Source of the DNA: an uncultured delta proteobacterium | GTDB lineage: Bacteria > Desulfobacterota > Binatia > Binatales > Binataceae | NCBI GenBank assembly: GCA_963789835.1 | Contig: CAWBMF010000009.1 | Coordinates: 28,984 to 92,983, forward strand | DNA length: 64,000 nt | Direction: 5' to 3' | Shown here: piece after piece, positions 54,051-63,446 of the stretch | Position numbering within the stretch: position 1 is the first letter of the stretch | Layout of the letters: every line of letters begins with the position of its first letter | Position numbers and translations under genes: made by a program | Notes under the pieces: generated by a model | Seen by the model: the letters and a program-made list of their open reading frames with translations, nothing else | The model's database searches: none | What the model was told of the DNA's origin: nothing

Positions 54051-55445
54051 CTACAACTCCACGTGCAGCCGCATTCCCGGGACGACCACTGGCCCGCGGT
54101 CGCGGTTGTAGCCGGGGTTATTGATGTATTGAACATCCAGCGCGCCGAAGAATCCGCTGTGCACCGGAATCGGGAAGCTGTAGTAGCTCTCCATGATTTC
54201 CTCGGGTCCGTAAGTGAGGCGGCCGTCGCCCAACAGGAAACCGAGTCCGCCCAGCGCGAGGTACTGCTGATGCCGGCGCGAGATTCCGTTGCCGACGAAC
54301 GCCACCCCGAACCGGTCGCGCGGGCGATCCCACAGCGTGCCGCGAACATCGCCGCCGAATGCGACCGTCTCGTTCACTTCCGTGTAGTTGAACGATTCAT
54401 GATCGCCTTCGTTCCATCCGGCGCGCACGAATCCGCGAATATCGTCGGTGAATTCCTGATCGGCGTTGATGCCGAATCCGTACTTTAGATCGTTCTGCAT
54501 CCGATGGTCCGTGATTTCCGGCTCCGGCGTTTTTCCGGCCTCGAACAGATCGATCGCTTCGTGATAGTCGCCCATGTTGGCGAAATTGGTGAACGCGAGC
54601 AGTCGAATGGTGGTGCTGCGTTTCTCGATTAGGCTGGGCCGCAACTCCAGTTCGTAGTTCTCGGAATGCGCGTCCTGCAGGTTCTTCTGCAGGTTCAGCC
54701 CATTGGCGCGCTTCGATATTAGAGCCTCGGCGAACTGCAAACCCCACCAGCGATCCTCGTAGTCGATGACGCCGCCATAGGTGTAGCCGCGCGTGTCCGC
54801 CGCGTAGTCCCAGGCGCCGTTGTTCACGACGGTCCAGTTTATAAAATCGCTGTGGCTGTTGTTGGCAACGGCATTCAGATCGAAGAAGTCGGCGAGGTCG
54901 AACTTGCCAACGTGGATGTCGAGCCGTCGAACGGCAAGCTGCGTCAGGATCGAGAGCGGCGTGCGCTCGACATCGACTGTGTCGTCACTGAGCGGGATTA
55001 CCTTGTGATATTCGAGCCGCGCCAGGTATGGCTCGGCCCCGAGGTTGGGACTCCTGACGGCGTCGGCGTTGACAAAGCCCGCGAGGCCCAGCGTCTGACT
55101 GAGCCCGCTCCCGCCCGCACTCTCCACGTCCACCAGCGCTTCCATCGTCGGACTCATCTGCAAGCCGCCGTAGAGCGTGACCACTTCCGACGCTGCCTGC
55201 TCCGAGGCGTGCTCGAAGCTGTTCGGGCCGCTGTAGTCGGCGTGAAAACTCGGATGCCATTGAAAGATGAAATTGCCCTGTCCTGACAGCCACCACGGCA
55301 GGGTCTCCGAATGCTGAAAGACCGTATCCTGCCCGCTGTCGTAATCGAACTGGGCGTGCGCCTCCGATCCGAATGAGACGAACGCAAACAGCAGGCAGAG
55401 CGCAGTCAAACAAAACGGTCTGGCCAACGAGCAACGCACACCCAA
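54051..55445 (-). CDS. OprB-family porin (high-affinity Mn2+ porin-like subgroup)
   Basis: Signal peptide ..AHA; YSGPNS, GLAGF.N, GAWDYAADTRGYTYG, GFLLGDG.L.Y, NPGYNRDRGPV, terminal RLHVEL. Confidence 0.85.
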   Translation of the reverse strand: MGVRCSLARPFCLTALCLLFAFVSFGSEAHAQFDYDSGQDTVFQHSETLPWWLSGQGNFIFQWHPSFHADYSGPNSFEHASEQAASEVVTLYGGLQMSPTMEALVDVESAGGSGLSQTLGLAGFVNADAVRSPNLGAEPYLARLEYHKVIPLSDDTVDVERTPLSILTQLAVRRLDIHVGKFDLADFFDLNAVANNSHSDFINWTVVNNGAWDYAADTRGYTYGGVIDYEDRWWGLQFAEALISKRANGLNLQKNLQDAHSENYELELRPSLIEKRSTTIRLLAFTNFANMGDYHEAIDLFEAGKTPEPEITDHRMQNDLKYGFGINADQEFTDDIRGFVRAGWNEGDHESFNYTEVNETVAFGGDVRGTLWDRPRDRFGVAFVGNGISRRHQQYLALGGLGFLLGDGRLTYGPEEIMESYYSFPIPVHSGFFGALDVQYINNPGYNRDRGPVVVPGMRLHVEL

Positions 55446-55506
55446 TGTTTATACAGGAAAGGCGGACATGGTCCGCCACTCCACCACGCCAGCGTAGAAT
55501 CGATCG

Positions 55507-56532
55507 CTATTGCGCGTCGCCGAGCTTCAGCAGTTGCTTGCCGAAGTTTGCGCCCGTGAACAGCCGGATGATCGTCTTCGGCGCGTTCTCGAGTCCTTGC
55601 TGCAAATCAACCTGGTTCTTGATTTTGCCTTCGGCGTACCACTTCGACATTTCGGCGATCGCCTCGGGATAGCGCGCGGCGAAATGAAATACCAGGAAGC
55701 CTTCCATCCGCGCGTGGAACATTATCAGGTTGAAGTAGTTCTTCGGCCCGACTGGAGTTCGCTCGCCCAGGTTGTTGTACTGCGAAATCGCTCCGCACAG
55801 CACGACCCGCGCGCCATTCGCCAGCCGCGCGAGCGCGTGATCGAGGATCTCGCCGCCTACGTTGTCGAAGTAGACGTCGATTCCCTTCGGGCAAGCCTTC
55901 GTCAGCGCCTCGCCGACATTCTCATTCTTATAGTCAATCGCCGCGTCGAAGCCCGCCTCTTTCACCAGCCAATCGCACTTCTCGCGTCCGCCCGCGATAC
56001 CGACCACGCGGCATCCTTTGATCTTGGCGATCATCCCGGCCACCGAACCGGTCGCGCCCGCCGCGCCCGAGACGACGAACGTATCTCCCGCCTTCGCCGC
56101 GCCGACTGCGAGCGTGCCGAAGTACGCCGTCAACCCGGTGATTCCGAGCAGCGACAGCGCCAGTATCGGATCGGTGCCGCGCGGCAACTGCTGCAGGCCC
56201 ATCATGCCTTCGCCGGCGCTGACCGTGTAATCCTCCCATCCGAAAAGCCCCTGCACGAGGTCGCCCTTGGCAAATCCCGTCTTCTTCGATTCGACCACCT
56301 GTCCTACAGTCGCCGCCTTCATCGTCTGGCCTAAAGGAATCGCCGGCATGTAAGTGTCCATCGACATCCAGCCGCGCTGCGTGGGATCAAACGAGAACGC
56401 AAGGTTGCGCACGACGACCTGGCCGTCCTTCAGCGGCGGCACGACCGTCTCGTTCCATCGGAAATCGCTTTCCTTGATGATGCCGTGCGGACGCGCCGCC
56501 AGCAGCCATTGCCGGTTCTTAAGCTCTGCCAT
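55507..56532 (-). CDS. NADP-dependent oxidoreductase (MDR, prostaglandin reductase/CurA-like)
   Basis: DPTQRGWM, GLTAYFG, VSGAAGATGS, YFDNVGG, CGAISQYN, NFGK. Confidence 0.92.
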   Translation of the reverse strand: MAELKNRQWLLAARPHGIIKESDFRWNETVVPPLKDGQVVVRNLAFSFDPTQRGWMSMDTYMPAIPLGQTMKAATVGQVVESKKTGFAKGDLVQGLFGWEDYTVSAGEGMMGLQQLPRGTDPILALSLLGITGLTAYFGTLAVGAAKAGDTFVVSGAAGATGSVAGMIAKIKGCRVVGIAGGREKCDWLVKEAGFDAAIDYKNENVGEALTKACPKGIDVYFDNVGGEILDHALARLANGARVVLCGAISQYNNLGERTPVGPKNYFNLIMFHARMEGFLVFHFAARYPEAIAEMSKWYAEGKIKNQVDLQQGLENAPKTIIRLFTGANFGKQLLKLGDAQ

Positions 56533-56680
56533 CTGAATTTCCCCTCACTGCGAGAATAGGTTCGCGTCATCTGGACTTAGCCGATACTCGCGGCGCAGAC
56601 AAGGAACGCGCAATCAACGATGCGGCTGCGGCATTGGCTCACGCACGGATCAAATCCTAGAATTGAAGCCGGCAAGATCA

Positions 56681-57325
56681 ATGTCTGTGAAAATTCGTCG
56701 CGGCCGAGCGGATGACGCCGACTTCCTGGCACGCGTGATGATGCTCGCGTCGCGCGGACATATGCGGCGCGGCGTGTGGGACCTGATTGCGGGCGGTTCC
56801 GAGGAAAACTGCCTCGATTATCTTCGGCGGCTCGCGCTCGCAGAGCCGGTCTCGCTCTGCCACTACTCGAGTTTCATCGTCGCCGAGCATGACGGCCGTG
56901 CGGCCGCTGCGCTCTGCGGCTTCGATCCCCGCGCCGGCGGATGGCAAGTGCTCGGCGACGCGATGCAAAACGTCCAGCGCCAACTACGATGGACGCCAGC
57001 CGACGAGAAAGCGTCGGCCGCGCGAACGGCGCCGATCTGGCACTGCACCTTCGACACGCTCGACGGCGCGTGGGTGATCGAGTCAGTCGCCACGCTTCCC
57101 GAGTTCCGGCGGCGCGGATTGGTCGACGCCTTGATGGCCGAGATTCTCGAAGCCGGCCGCGCACACGGCCATCGCATCGCGCAACTTACGATCCTGATCG
57201 GCAACGTCGCGGCGCAACGCGCGTACGAGAAGGCCGGATTCCGCGTGCGCGACGAAAAGCGCCATCGCGACTTCCAGGCCGCCCTCGGCGCGCCCGGCTT
57301 TATGCGAATGGTCCGCGGCTACTGA
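56681..57325 (+). CDS. GNAT family N-acetyltransferase
   Basis: VATLPEFRRRGL, GNVAAQRAYEKAGF. Confidence 0.88.
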   Translation: MSVKIRRGRADDADFLARVMMLASRGHMRRGVWDLIAGGSEENCLDYLRRLALAEPVSLCHYSSFIVAEHDGRAAAALCGFDPRAGGWQVLGDAMQNVQRQLRWTPADEKASAARTAPIWHCTFDTLDGAWVIESVATLPEFRRRGLVDALMAEILEAGRAHGHRIAQLTILIGNVAAQRAYEKAGFRVRDEKRHRDFQAALGAPGFMRMVRGY

Positions 57326-57342
57326 TACAGGTCTCAGCCATC

Positions 57343-57951
57343 CTACGATCGAGTCGTGTCGATTCGGAGACCGTTCCACATTCGATTGGCAGATTCGCTG
57401 ACTTCACGGCGAGCGCGCTCCTTATCTGAGGCATGGGCAATGAGACGCGCCGCCTCATTCATTGAGCCCATAATCATATGGGCCAGAGTCTCCACCGGTT
57501 GCTCTTCGATGATTCCGGCCGCGATCGCCGCCTCGATGGCTGCCTTCAATCCGGCCAGGTAGTAGCTCTCATCCGATTGCCGAAACCCTTCCGTGCCAAG
57601 GACGGCGGGAGCGTCGATTAATATGATTTGCTGAACTGCAGGGTCGAGACACCCTTCAAGAAACGCCTCGTTTGCGGCCATAAGCGCGCGCCACGTATCG
57701 GTTTCTTTGGCTGCGGCTTCCATGCATTTGGCGGCAAGTTTTGACTGTTCTTCGTGCAGGACCGCTCTGAACAGATCCTGTTTGTCCTTGAAATGATGAT
57801 ACAGAGCGCCGCGAGTCACTCGGGCACGTCGCACTATCTCTTCAGTGGCCGTGTCAGCGTATCCCCGCTCGGCGAAGAATCTGCGCGCAATTTTCAGGAG
57901 GGCGGCGCGGGTGGTGGCGGAATTTTCAGCCTGGCGGCTCTTGACTGCCAT
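57343..57951 (-). CDS. TetR/AcrR family transcriptional regulator
   Basis: TRAALL..ARRFFAERGY..T.TEEIVRRA.VTRGALYHHFKDK. Confidence 0.94.
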   Translation of the reverse strand: MAVKSRQAENSATTRAALLKIARRFFAERGYADTATEEIVRRARVTRGALYHHFKDKQDLFRAVLHEEQSKLAAKCMEAAAKETDTWRALMAANEAFLEGCLDPAVQQIILIDAPAVLGTEGFRQSDESYYLAGLKAAIEAAIAAGIIEEQPVETLAHMIMGSMNEAARLIAHASDKERARREVSESANRMWNGLRIDTTRS

Positions 57952-57968
57952 ACGCTCAATAGGTTAGA

Positions 57969-57983
57969 TACAGACAGTATGTA
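57969..57983. promoter_or_regulatory. putative TetR operator
   Basis: Near-palindrome TACAGACAGTATGTA in the 66-bp gap between divergent tetR and hydrolase genes. Confidence 0.6.
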
Positions 57984-58017
57984 GGTTTAGTTCCCTTGTC
58001 TCTGACGGAGGTTAGCA

Positions 58018-58881
58018 ATGAAAGCCACTGAGTTCCAGTCCTCCCGGAAGTTTGTCCAGACCGCATTTGGACGCATCGCCTATGTCGAGCGCGGAAGCGG
58101 ACCCGTCGCCCTGTTCGCCCACGCCTTTCCGCTCTGCGGTTATCAATGGCGCTATGCGCTGGATGAACTCTCATCGATGCGCACCTGCGTCGCGCCAGAC
58201 CTGATGGGTGTTGGGTATAGCGAAATTCCCGCCCGGCAGGATATTTCGTACGAGTCACAGGCCAGGATGCTTTCTGCATTCCTGGACGCGCGCTCGATTA
58301 GGCAGGTTGACCTGATTGGCAATGATACCGGCGGCGGTGTCAGCCAGATCTTTCTGTCGCTTTATCCCGAACGCGTGCGATCGCTGACGCTGACGAATTG
58401 CGAGGTACACGATCTCTGGCCGAACGCGATGTTGCAGCAGTTCTACAGTGCACTCAAGGCGGGCGTGGTAGGAGAAATGCTCAAGAACATCACGCGCGAT
58501 CCTTCTTCAGCCGCGCCGCTCGCGGCCGCGTACGAGAATCCGGAGAGCCTGAGTAAGGAGTCGCTCGAGGTATACTTCGGTCCCTTCGTGGACTCTGAAC
58601 AACGCCGCGAGCAACTGAAGGGTTTTTCGGAGCCGGAACGAAATCGTGATCAGCTCGTTGCAGCGGCCGAAGGGCTTCGCGCATCACAGATCCCCGCGCA
58701 GGTCTTGTGGGGCGACGCGGACACCGCCTTTGATACTCCCGCCTCCATCGATTGGCTTAAACGCAACCTGAGCGGCCTGCGCAAAGTAACTACCATTCCC
58801 AGGGCAAAGTTATTCTGGCCTGAGGAACATCCGCGGCTGCTCACCGTTCTGCTCAAAGAGTTCTGGTCCGGACTCGACTGA
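58018..58881 (+). CDS. alpha/beta hydrolase (Asp-nucleophile, epoxide hydrolase/dehalogenase-like)
   Basis: HAFP, APDLMGVG.S, GNDTGG, WGDAD, FWPEEHP. Confidence 0.85.
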   Translation: MKATEFQSSRKFVQTAFGRIAYVERGSGPVALFAHAFPLCGYQWRYALDELSSMRTCVAPDLMGVGYSEIPARQDISYESQARMLSAFLDARSIRQVDLIGNDTGGGVSQIFLSLYPERVRSLTLTNCEVHDLWPNAMLQQFYSALKAGVVGEMLKNITRDPSSAAPLAAAYENPESLSKESLEVYFGPFVDSEQRREQLKGFSEPERNRDQLVAAAEGLRASQIPAQVLWGDADTAFDTPASIDWLKRNLSGLRKVTTIPRAKLFWPEEHPRLLTVLLKEFWSGLD

Positions 58882-58977
58882 ATAGAATTCGGAGGCGCTG
58901 CAATACGCCATCGTCTGAAACCGCCGCCCGATCGCTCTTTTATTGAAGTCCGACAGAGGATTTCACTGCGGAGAAAT

Positions 58978-59310
58978 ATGAACGCAAAACAAGTTGGCCT
59001 TACAATCGTGCTTGCAGGATTTGCGGCTCTTAACGCCTATGACTTCTATATCTACGGCGCACAGGGCTTCCTGAACATAGCTTTTACCAATGCAGGGACC
59101 GCAGCCATCTTTGCCGACATGGTGATCGCGCTGACTATGGTTGCGGTGTGGATGACACGCGACGCTGCACAACGCCGCGTTAACGTGCTGCCGTATCTGC
59201 TGTTGACAGTCTGCCTCGGCAGCATCGGTCCGCTGGCCTATCTAGTCGGGCGTTTTCGAGAGGGTGCCGAGAAATCGAGCGCTTCCATTCTGCATTCGCG
59301 CCAAGCCTAG
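58978..59310 (+). CDS. DUF2834-like small membrane protein
   Basis: DMVIAL..WMTRDA..R..PY..LGSIGPLAYL; similar to 26957-27289. Confidence 0.72.
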   Translation: MNAKQVGLTIVLAGFAALNAYDFYIYGAQGFLNIAFTNAGTAAIFADMVIALTMVAVWMTRDAAQRRVNVLPYLLLTVCLGSIGPLAYLVGRFREGAEKSSASILHSRQA

Positions 59311-59533
59311 CAGGACGAAAGTCGACTCGGTAAAAGGCCGGTTCTCGATACGAGATCCTTGTCCCTGCAAGCGGACTCGAGCCCAGACGTTACCGATTGT
59401 CGGAACCGCAGCCGACGTTCGGGCTTTTAGGCTGCCCTCGAGCTTCGTCCGTGGTATTAACCCGGGTGATGCATCGAATTTGCAGATCGTATTAACTGTA
59501 GGTAGCAATTAACGTCACACAGGAGAGACTCGC

Positions 59534-60304
59534 ATGTCGATGATGGGGCGCTTTGTGCAGGTGTCACCCGACCGCCTGAAACAGATTCTTGACAATCCTT
59601 CGGGCGTGGAAGCGCTCCTGAGGAGTAGTCCGCAAGGTCCTTCTTCAATGCCAGGTCTTTCTCCGATGACGGAAGCGCTCGGCAACACCCTGCTCAACCG
59701 CGCGCCGGAGGCTCTCATGGGCGCGATCAACGGACTGGATCCTGCCAATCGTGAGAAGGTTAACAAAGCGCTCAAAGAGTTGGGCGTCGATCCCGACGCG
59801 ATCGCACGCGGCGAAGGCCGCGACGCTCTCGCCAAGCTGCTGGTTCAACGTGCCAAGGCCCGCTTCGCAGGCCGTGCACCAGGGCAGCCGCCGGCGTCAG
59901 CCGCCGGTGCGCTAACCGCGGGCAAGGGCGCCGACATTTCGATCGAAAAGGCGTGGCACGGTGTGCACTACCTGTTGTGCGGTCGAGCGGTACCCGGAAC
60001 CGATCTCGCAAGTCAGGTGGTGATGGGCGGGACGGACGTCGGTGACGACCTTGGTTACGGGCCGGCGCGATATTTCACGCCCGATGAAGTCGCCGCGATT
60101 GCCCGCGAACTGTCGCGCCCGAATCTCGAAGCGGAGATGGATGCTCGATTCGATCCGGATCAGATGATGCAGCTGGGCATCTATCCGGTGCAGTTCGACG
60201 ATCCTGATGACCGCGATTGGCTGATGGACGAGTTTCGAAAGCTGCGACAGTTCTACGTCGACGCGAGCGCTGCCGGCCTCGCGGTCGTCGCCTGCATCGA
60301 GTGA
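59534..60304 (+). CDS. YfbM/DUF1877 family protein with internal insertion
   Basis: MSMMG, IEKAWHGVHYLL, GYGPARY..P.EV, IYP, F..L..FY. Confidence 0.82.
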   Translation: MSMMGRFVQVSPDRLKQILDNPSGVEALLRSSPQGPSSMPGLSPMTEALGNTLLNRAPEALMGAINGLDPANREKVNKALKELGVDPDAIARGEGRDALAKLLVQRAKARFAGRAPGQPPASAAGALTAGKGADISIEKAWHGVHYLLCGRAVPGTDLASQVVMGGTDVGDDLGYGPARYFTPDEVAAIARELSRPNLEAEMDARFDPDQMMQLGIYPVQFDDPDDRDWLMDEFRKLRQFYVDASAAGLAVVACIE

Positions 60305-60308
60305 GATT

Positions 60309-61016
60309 TCAGAACGGGCGAGATCCGAAGAACACGGCGTTGATGTCGCGCTTCGAAGACGCCAGTGCGTCGCGCGATTTCGCGGCCAGCGTTTTCGCAA
60401 GCTCACGCGCCGCCGGCATCAGCTCGTCAGGTTTGACGACGCGGTTGAGCACGCCCATCGCGAGCAACTCTTCCGCCTTGTAGTGACGGCACATGAGGAT
60501 CGCGTCCTTCGCGCGCCACGGGCCGAGGGTTGCGGCGAGCACACTGGCCGGAGCGCCGCGATACGGCACATCGAGATCGACCTCCGGCACCCAGAACTCC
60601 GCGCCCTCGACCGCCAGCGCAAAATCGAAGGCCAGCGCGAATGACCATCCACCGCCGACCGCGTAACCGTTAATCGCGCCGATCGTGATCTGGTCCAGAT
60701 GCGCCAGCACGTCGAACGCGCGGCCTATCAGCCGCGGCCATCGTTTGCCGAACTCGCCCATGCGCCGGCGCCGCTCGGCGGGATCGATTTCGGAGCCGAC
60801 CGCCGCCTTGAACATCGCATTGTCGGCGCCCGCGCAGAACGCCGTCCCTTTGCCGGTCACGATCAGCAGGCGGCACTCGCGATCGTCGCGGACGGCATGC
60901 AGATGACGCTCGAAGTCGAGGATGACCGCCTCATCGAGACAGTTGCGCCGCTCAGGCCGATTGAACGTGATCGTAGTGATTGAGCCGTCGTGGTCGACGA
61001 GGAAGTTCTCTGCCAT
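60309..61016 (-). CDS. enoyl-CoA hydratase/isomerase family protein
   Basis: FNRPERRN, FCAGAD, AINGYAVGGG, PEV, GVLNRVV. Confidence 0.88.
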   Translation of the reverse strand: MAENFLVDHDGSITTITFNRPERRNCLDEAVILDFERHLHAVRDDRECRLLIVTGKGTAFCAGADNAMFKAAVGSEIDPAERRRRMGEFGKRWPRLIGRAFDVLAHLDQITIGAINGYAVGGGWSFALAFDFALAVEGAEFWVPEVDLDVPYRGAPASVLAATLGPWRAKDAILMCRHYKAEELLAMGVLNRVVKPDELMPAARELAKTLAAKSRDALASSKRDINAVFFGSRPF

Positions 61017-61372
61017 CAGCTTGGCTCCAGTGTCTGCCGAGCCTACGACTCGCGAACCGCCAATTACAATAGTTCGTATCGTCGATGAATTTTGCATCCT
61101 GATAGTTTCGAGAATCACCTGATGAGTTCTCTCCGCGCGGCTGATGCACGCGCGCACTTTGTCGCAGCTTGTCTCTTCGACTCCTGACAGCACGGGAACC
61201 AAATCTCGCCCGCGTGAGTTACGCAAGCGGAGCCGAATTCTGCATTCGCCAATCGGACGATTTATGGAGGAAATCGTAATTGGCATTCGAAACGCGCGCC
61301 GCGCCGACCATGCTCGCGATCGCGCTCACACCAACAGCACTTTGCTTGAAACACGGGAGGAATCGAAGTGCC

Positions 61373-62536
61373 ATGAAAACCAGACTCACGAAGAGAATCG
61401 AAACAGCGCTGTCTGTTGTAGCAGCGGGGGCGTTAGTCAGCCTCGTCGCGACCACGTCGCTTGCGCACGCTCACGACTCAGCGCCCAAGTCCAAACCGTT
61501 CATCGACAACTTCAGCACAGTCACACAGGGCGACACTTCGGCGCCGACGGCCGGCCCGGAAGCGGGCGATCAGAATCCCTACGGTGTAGCAGTCATCCCC
61601 CGTTCGGTCGGCAAGCTCACGCAAGGCAACATCCTCGTCAGCAATTTCAACAATCTCGGAAACTTGCAAGGCACCGGCACCTCGATCGTGCAGTACTCAC
61701 CCGATGTTCAGACTCAGACCACCTTCGCGGAAATCGACGCGAGCACGCTGCCGGGCGCGTGTCCTGGCGGCGTTGGATTGACGACGGCGTTGACCGTGCT
61801 GCGGACAGGATGGGTGATCGTCGGTAGCTTACCGACCACTGATGGAACGATTGGCACGGTCGGCGCGGGATGTCTCATCGTTCTCGACGCGAACGGCAAA
61901 CCGGTCGAGACTTTTTCGGGCGGCGTCATCAATGGTCCGTGGGATATGGCCGCCAGCGACGGCGGATTTATCTCGCAACTGTTCTTCACCAACGTCTTGA
62001 ACGGCAACGTCGCCGCCGTACCCGCTGATACTCCGGTGAACGAGGGGACGGTAGCCAGGATGACGCTGTTCACGCCGCCGCAAGGATTGGGTAAACCGTT
62101 CATCCTCGCGACGAAGATCATCGGTTCGGGATTCCCCGAAGAGAACGATCCGGCTGCATTGATTATCGGACCGACTGGAGTTGCTCTCGGCGTTGGCGGA
62201 GACACACTGTACGTGGCGGATTCAGTCGGTAACCGGATCGCCGGGATTTCGAACGCGTCCTTGCGCAACTCGAGTGCGGGAACTGGTAAGACGGTGAGCG
62301 CTGGCGGCGCGCTGATGACGCCGCTCGGACTTACCCTCGCGCCCAACGGCGATATTCTTGCTGCAAACGGCGGCGACGGAAACATTGTCGAAACGACCCC
62401 GCAGGGCACGCAAGTAGCGACGGCGTTGCTCGCGCCGGCCGGCGGAGGCGCCTTGTTCGGGCTCGCTGTAATGCCCGGTGCAGGCGGCATCTACTTCGTC
62501 GACGATTCCGAGAACCAACTCAACCTGTTTCACTGA
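61373..62536 (+). CDS. secreted beta-propeller (NHL-like) protein
   Basis: GGGAGG RBS; signal ..LAHA; blade-like motifs NPYGVA, GPWDMA, GPTGVA..LYVADS, PLGLTLAPNG, LFGLA..IYFVDD. Confidence 0.72.
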   Translation: MKTRLTKRIETALSVVAAGALVSLVATTSLAHAHDSAPKSKPFIDNFSTVTQGDTSAPTAGPEAGDQNPYGVAVIPRSVGKLTQGNILVSNFNNLGNLQGTGTSIVQYSPDVQTQTTFAEIDASTLPGACPGGVGLTTALTVLRTGWVIVGSLPTTDGTIGTVGAGCLIVLDANGKPVETFSGGVINGPWDMAASDGGFISQLFFTNVLNGNVAAVPADTPVNEGTVARMTLFTPPQGLGKPFILATKIIGSGFPEENDPAALIIGPTGVALGVGGDTLYVADSVGNRIAGISNASLRNSSAGTGKTVSAGGALMTPLGLTLAPNGDILAANGGDGNIVETTPQGTQVATALLAPAGGGALFGLAVMPGAGGIYFVDDSENQLNLFH

Positions 62537-62660
62537 TTCACCTCTAGCGAATGCCTCCGCTCGTCGCCGATGGCCGATGGGCGGAGGCCTTTCCCATCAG
62601 CGCATTCGGGCTGGTGCGGCGGCGCGAACCGACGTGGGCTTGTTTGGTCGCAGCCGGGGC

Positions 62661-63383
62661 CTATGCCGATGGCCCGAGCGGGTCCATTCCGCTGTTCCTG
62701 ATGGCCTCGGAGGCGCGCCCAGAGGCGAGAAATTCGATCAATCGTCTAGAAGCTTCGATCTCTCCCGAGCCCGCCACGACGGCGGCTGAAAACACCTGCA
62801 CGAACTGGATCTCCGGCGCGATGCGGCCTGCGAGGTCGACACCTGCCGCGTGCAGAATTTCACTGACAGGCAAAACTGCAAGATCCGCGTTCCCTCCGGC
62901 TACCATCGCGGTTGCGTCCGTGCCCCGCTGAGTCAACTTGATGTTGACCCTTTCGGTGATGCCGAGCCGCGGAAAAAGATCATGCGTAAGCCAGATGCCG
63001 GCAGTGCTCCCCGGAATCGCGACGCTTTTGGCCTGCAGCAGCGCTTGCTCGAAGCCCTCGACGGTGCTCACGTCGGGCTTCCCGGTCCCGGCGCACACCG
63101 CCACGCCCAGGCGCACTCGCGCAAGGTCCACGTCCGTTCCGGCGGCAATCATCTTCGCGGCGATCAGCTCACTGAGTCCCTCCCTGGAAAGGATCACCAC
63201 GTCAGCAGCTACGCCGCGGCCGAGCTGCATGGCGATCGTTTGCAGGCCCGATCCCTGCGAGGCACCCGAGCCGGTCGTAATCTTTATGCCGGTCGTCCGC
63301 TGGAATTCAGGCATCAGCTGCTCGTACGCGCGAGCGAATCCACCGGATATCAGAACGTTCAGTCGCGCCGCCTGATTCGTCAT
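62661..63383 (-). CDS. ModA-like substrate-binding-fold protein (aconitate-isomerase-like), no evident signal peptide
   Basis: LNVLISGGF..AY, GAS.G, ADVVIL, KPDVSTV..F..ALL.AKSVA, VSE. Confidence 0.75.
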   Translation of the reverse strand: MTNQAARLNVLISGGFARAYEQLMPEFQRTTGIKITTGSGASQGSGLQTIAMQLGRGVAADVVILSREGLSELIAAKMIAAGTDVDLARVRLGVAVCAGTGKPDVSTVEGFEQALLQAKSVAIPGSTAGIWLTHDLFPRLGITERVNIKLTQRGTDATAMVAGGNADLAVLPVSEILHAAGVDLAGRIAPEIQFVQVFSAAVVAGSGEIEASRRLIEFLASGRASEAIRNSGMDPLGPSA

Positions 63384-63446
63384 CTTGACCGGCTTCTGTT
63401 TTCGTCAACTGCGGGGAAGTGGCACGAACGACGGACCGCACCGCCG

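Noticed and set aside
61080-61135. Fluoride riboswitch or hammerhead-like motif (GATGAATT...CTGATGAGTTC)
   Set aside because: The P1 stem cannot form, no properly placed GAAA core exists, and no fluoride-related gene is downstream.
61280-61298. Sigma54 promoter upstream of the beta-propeller gene (TTGGCATTCGAAACGC)
   Set aside because: Spacing fits but the -12 box lacks TTGC; too weak to call.
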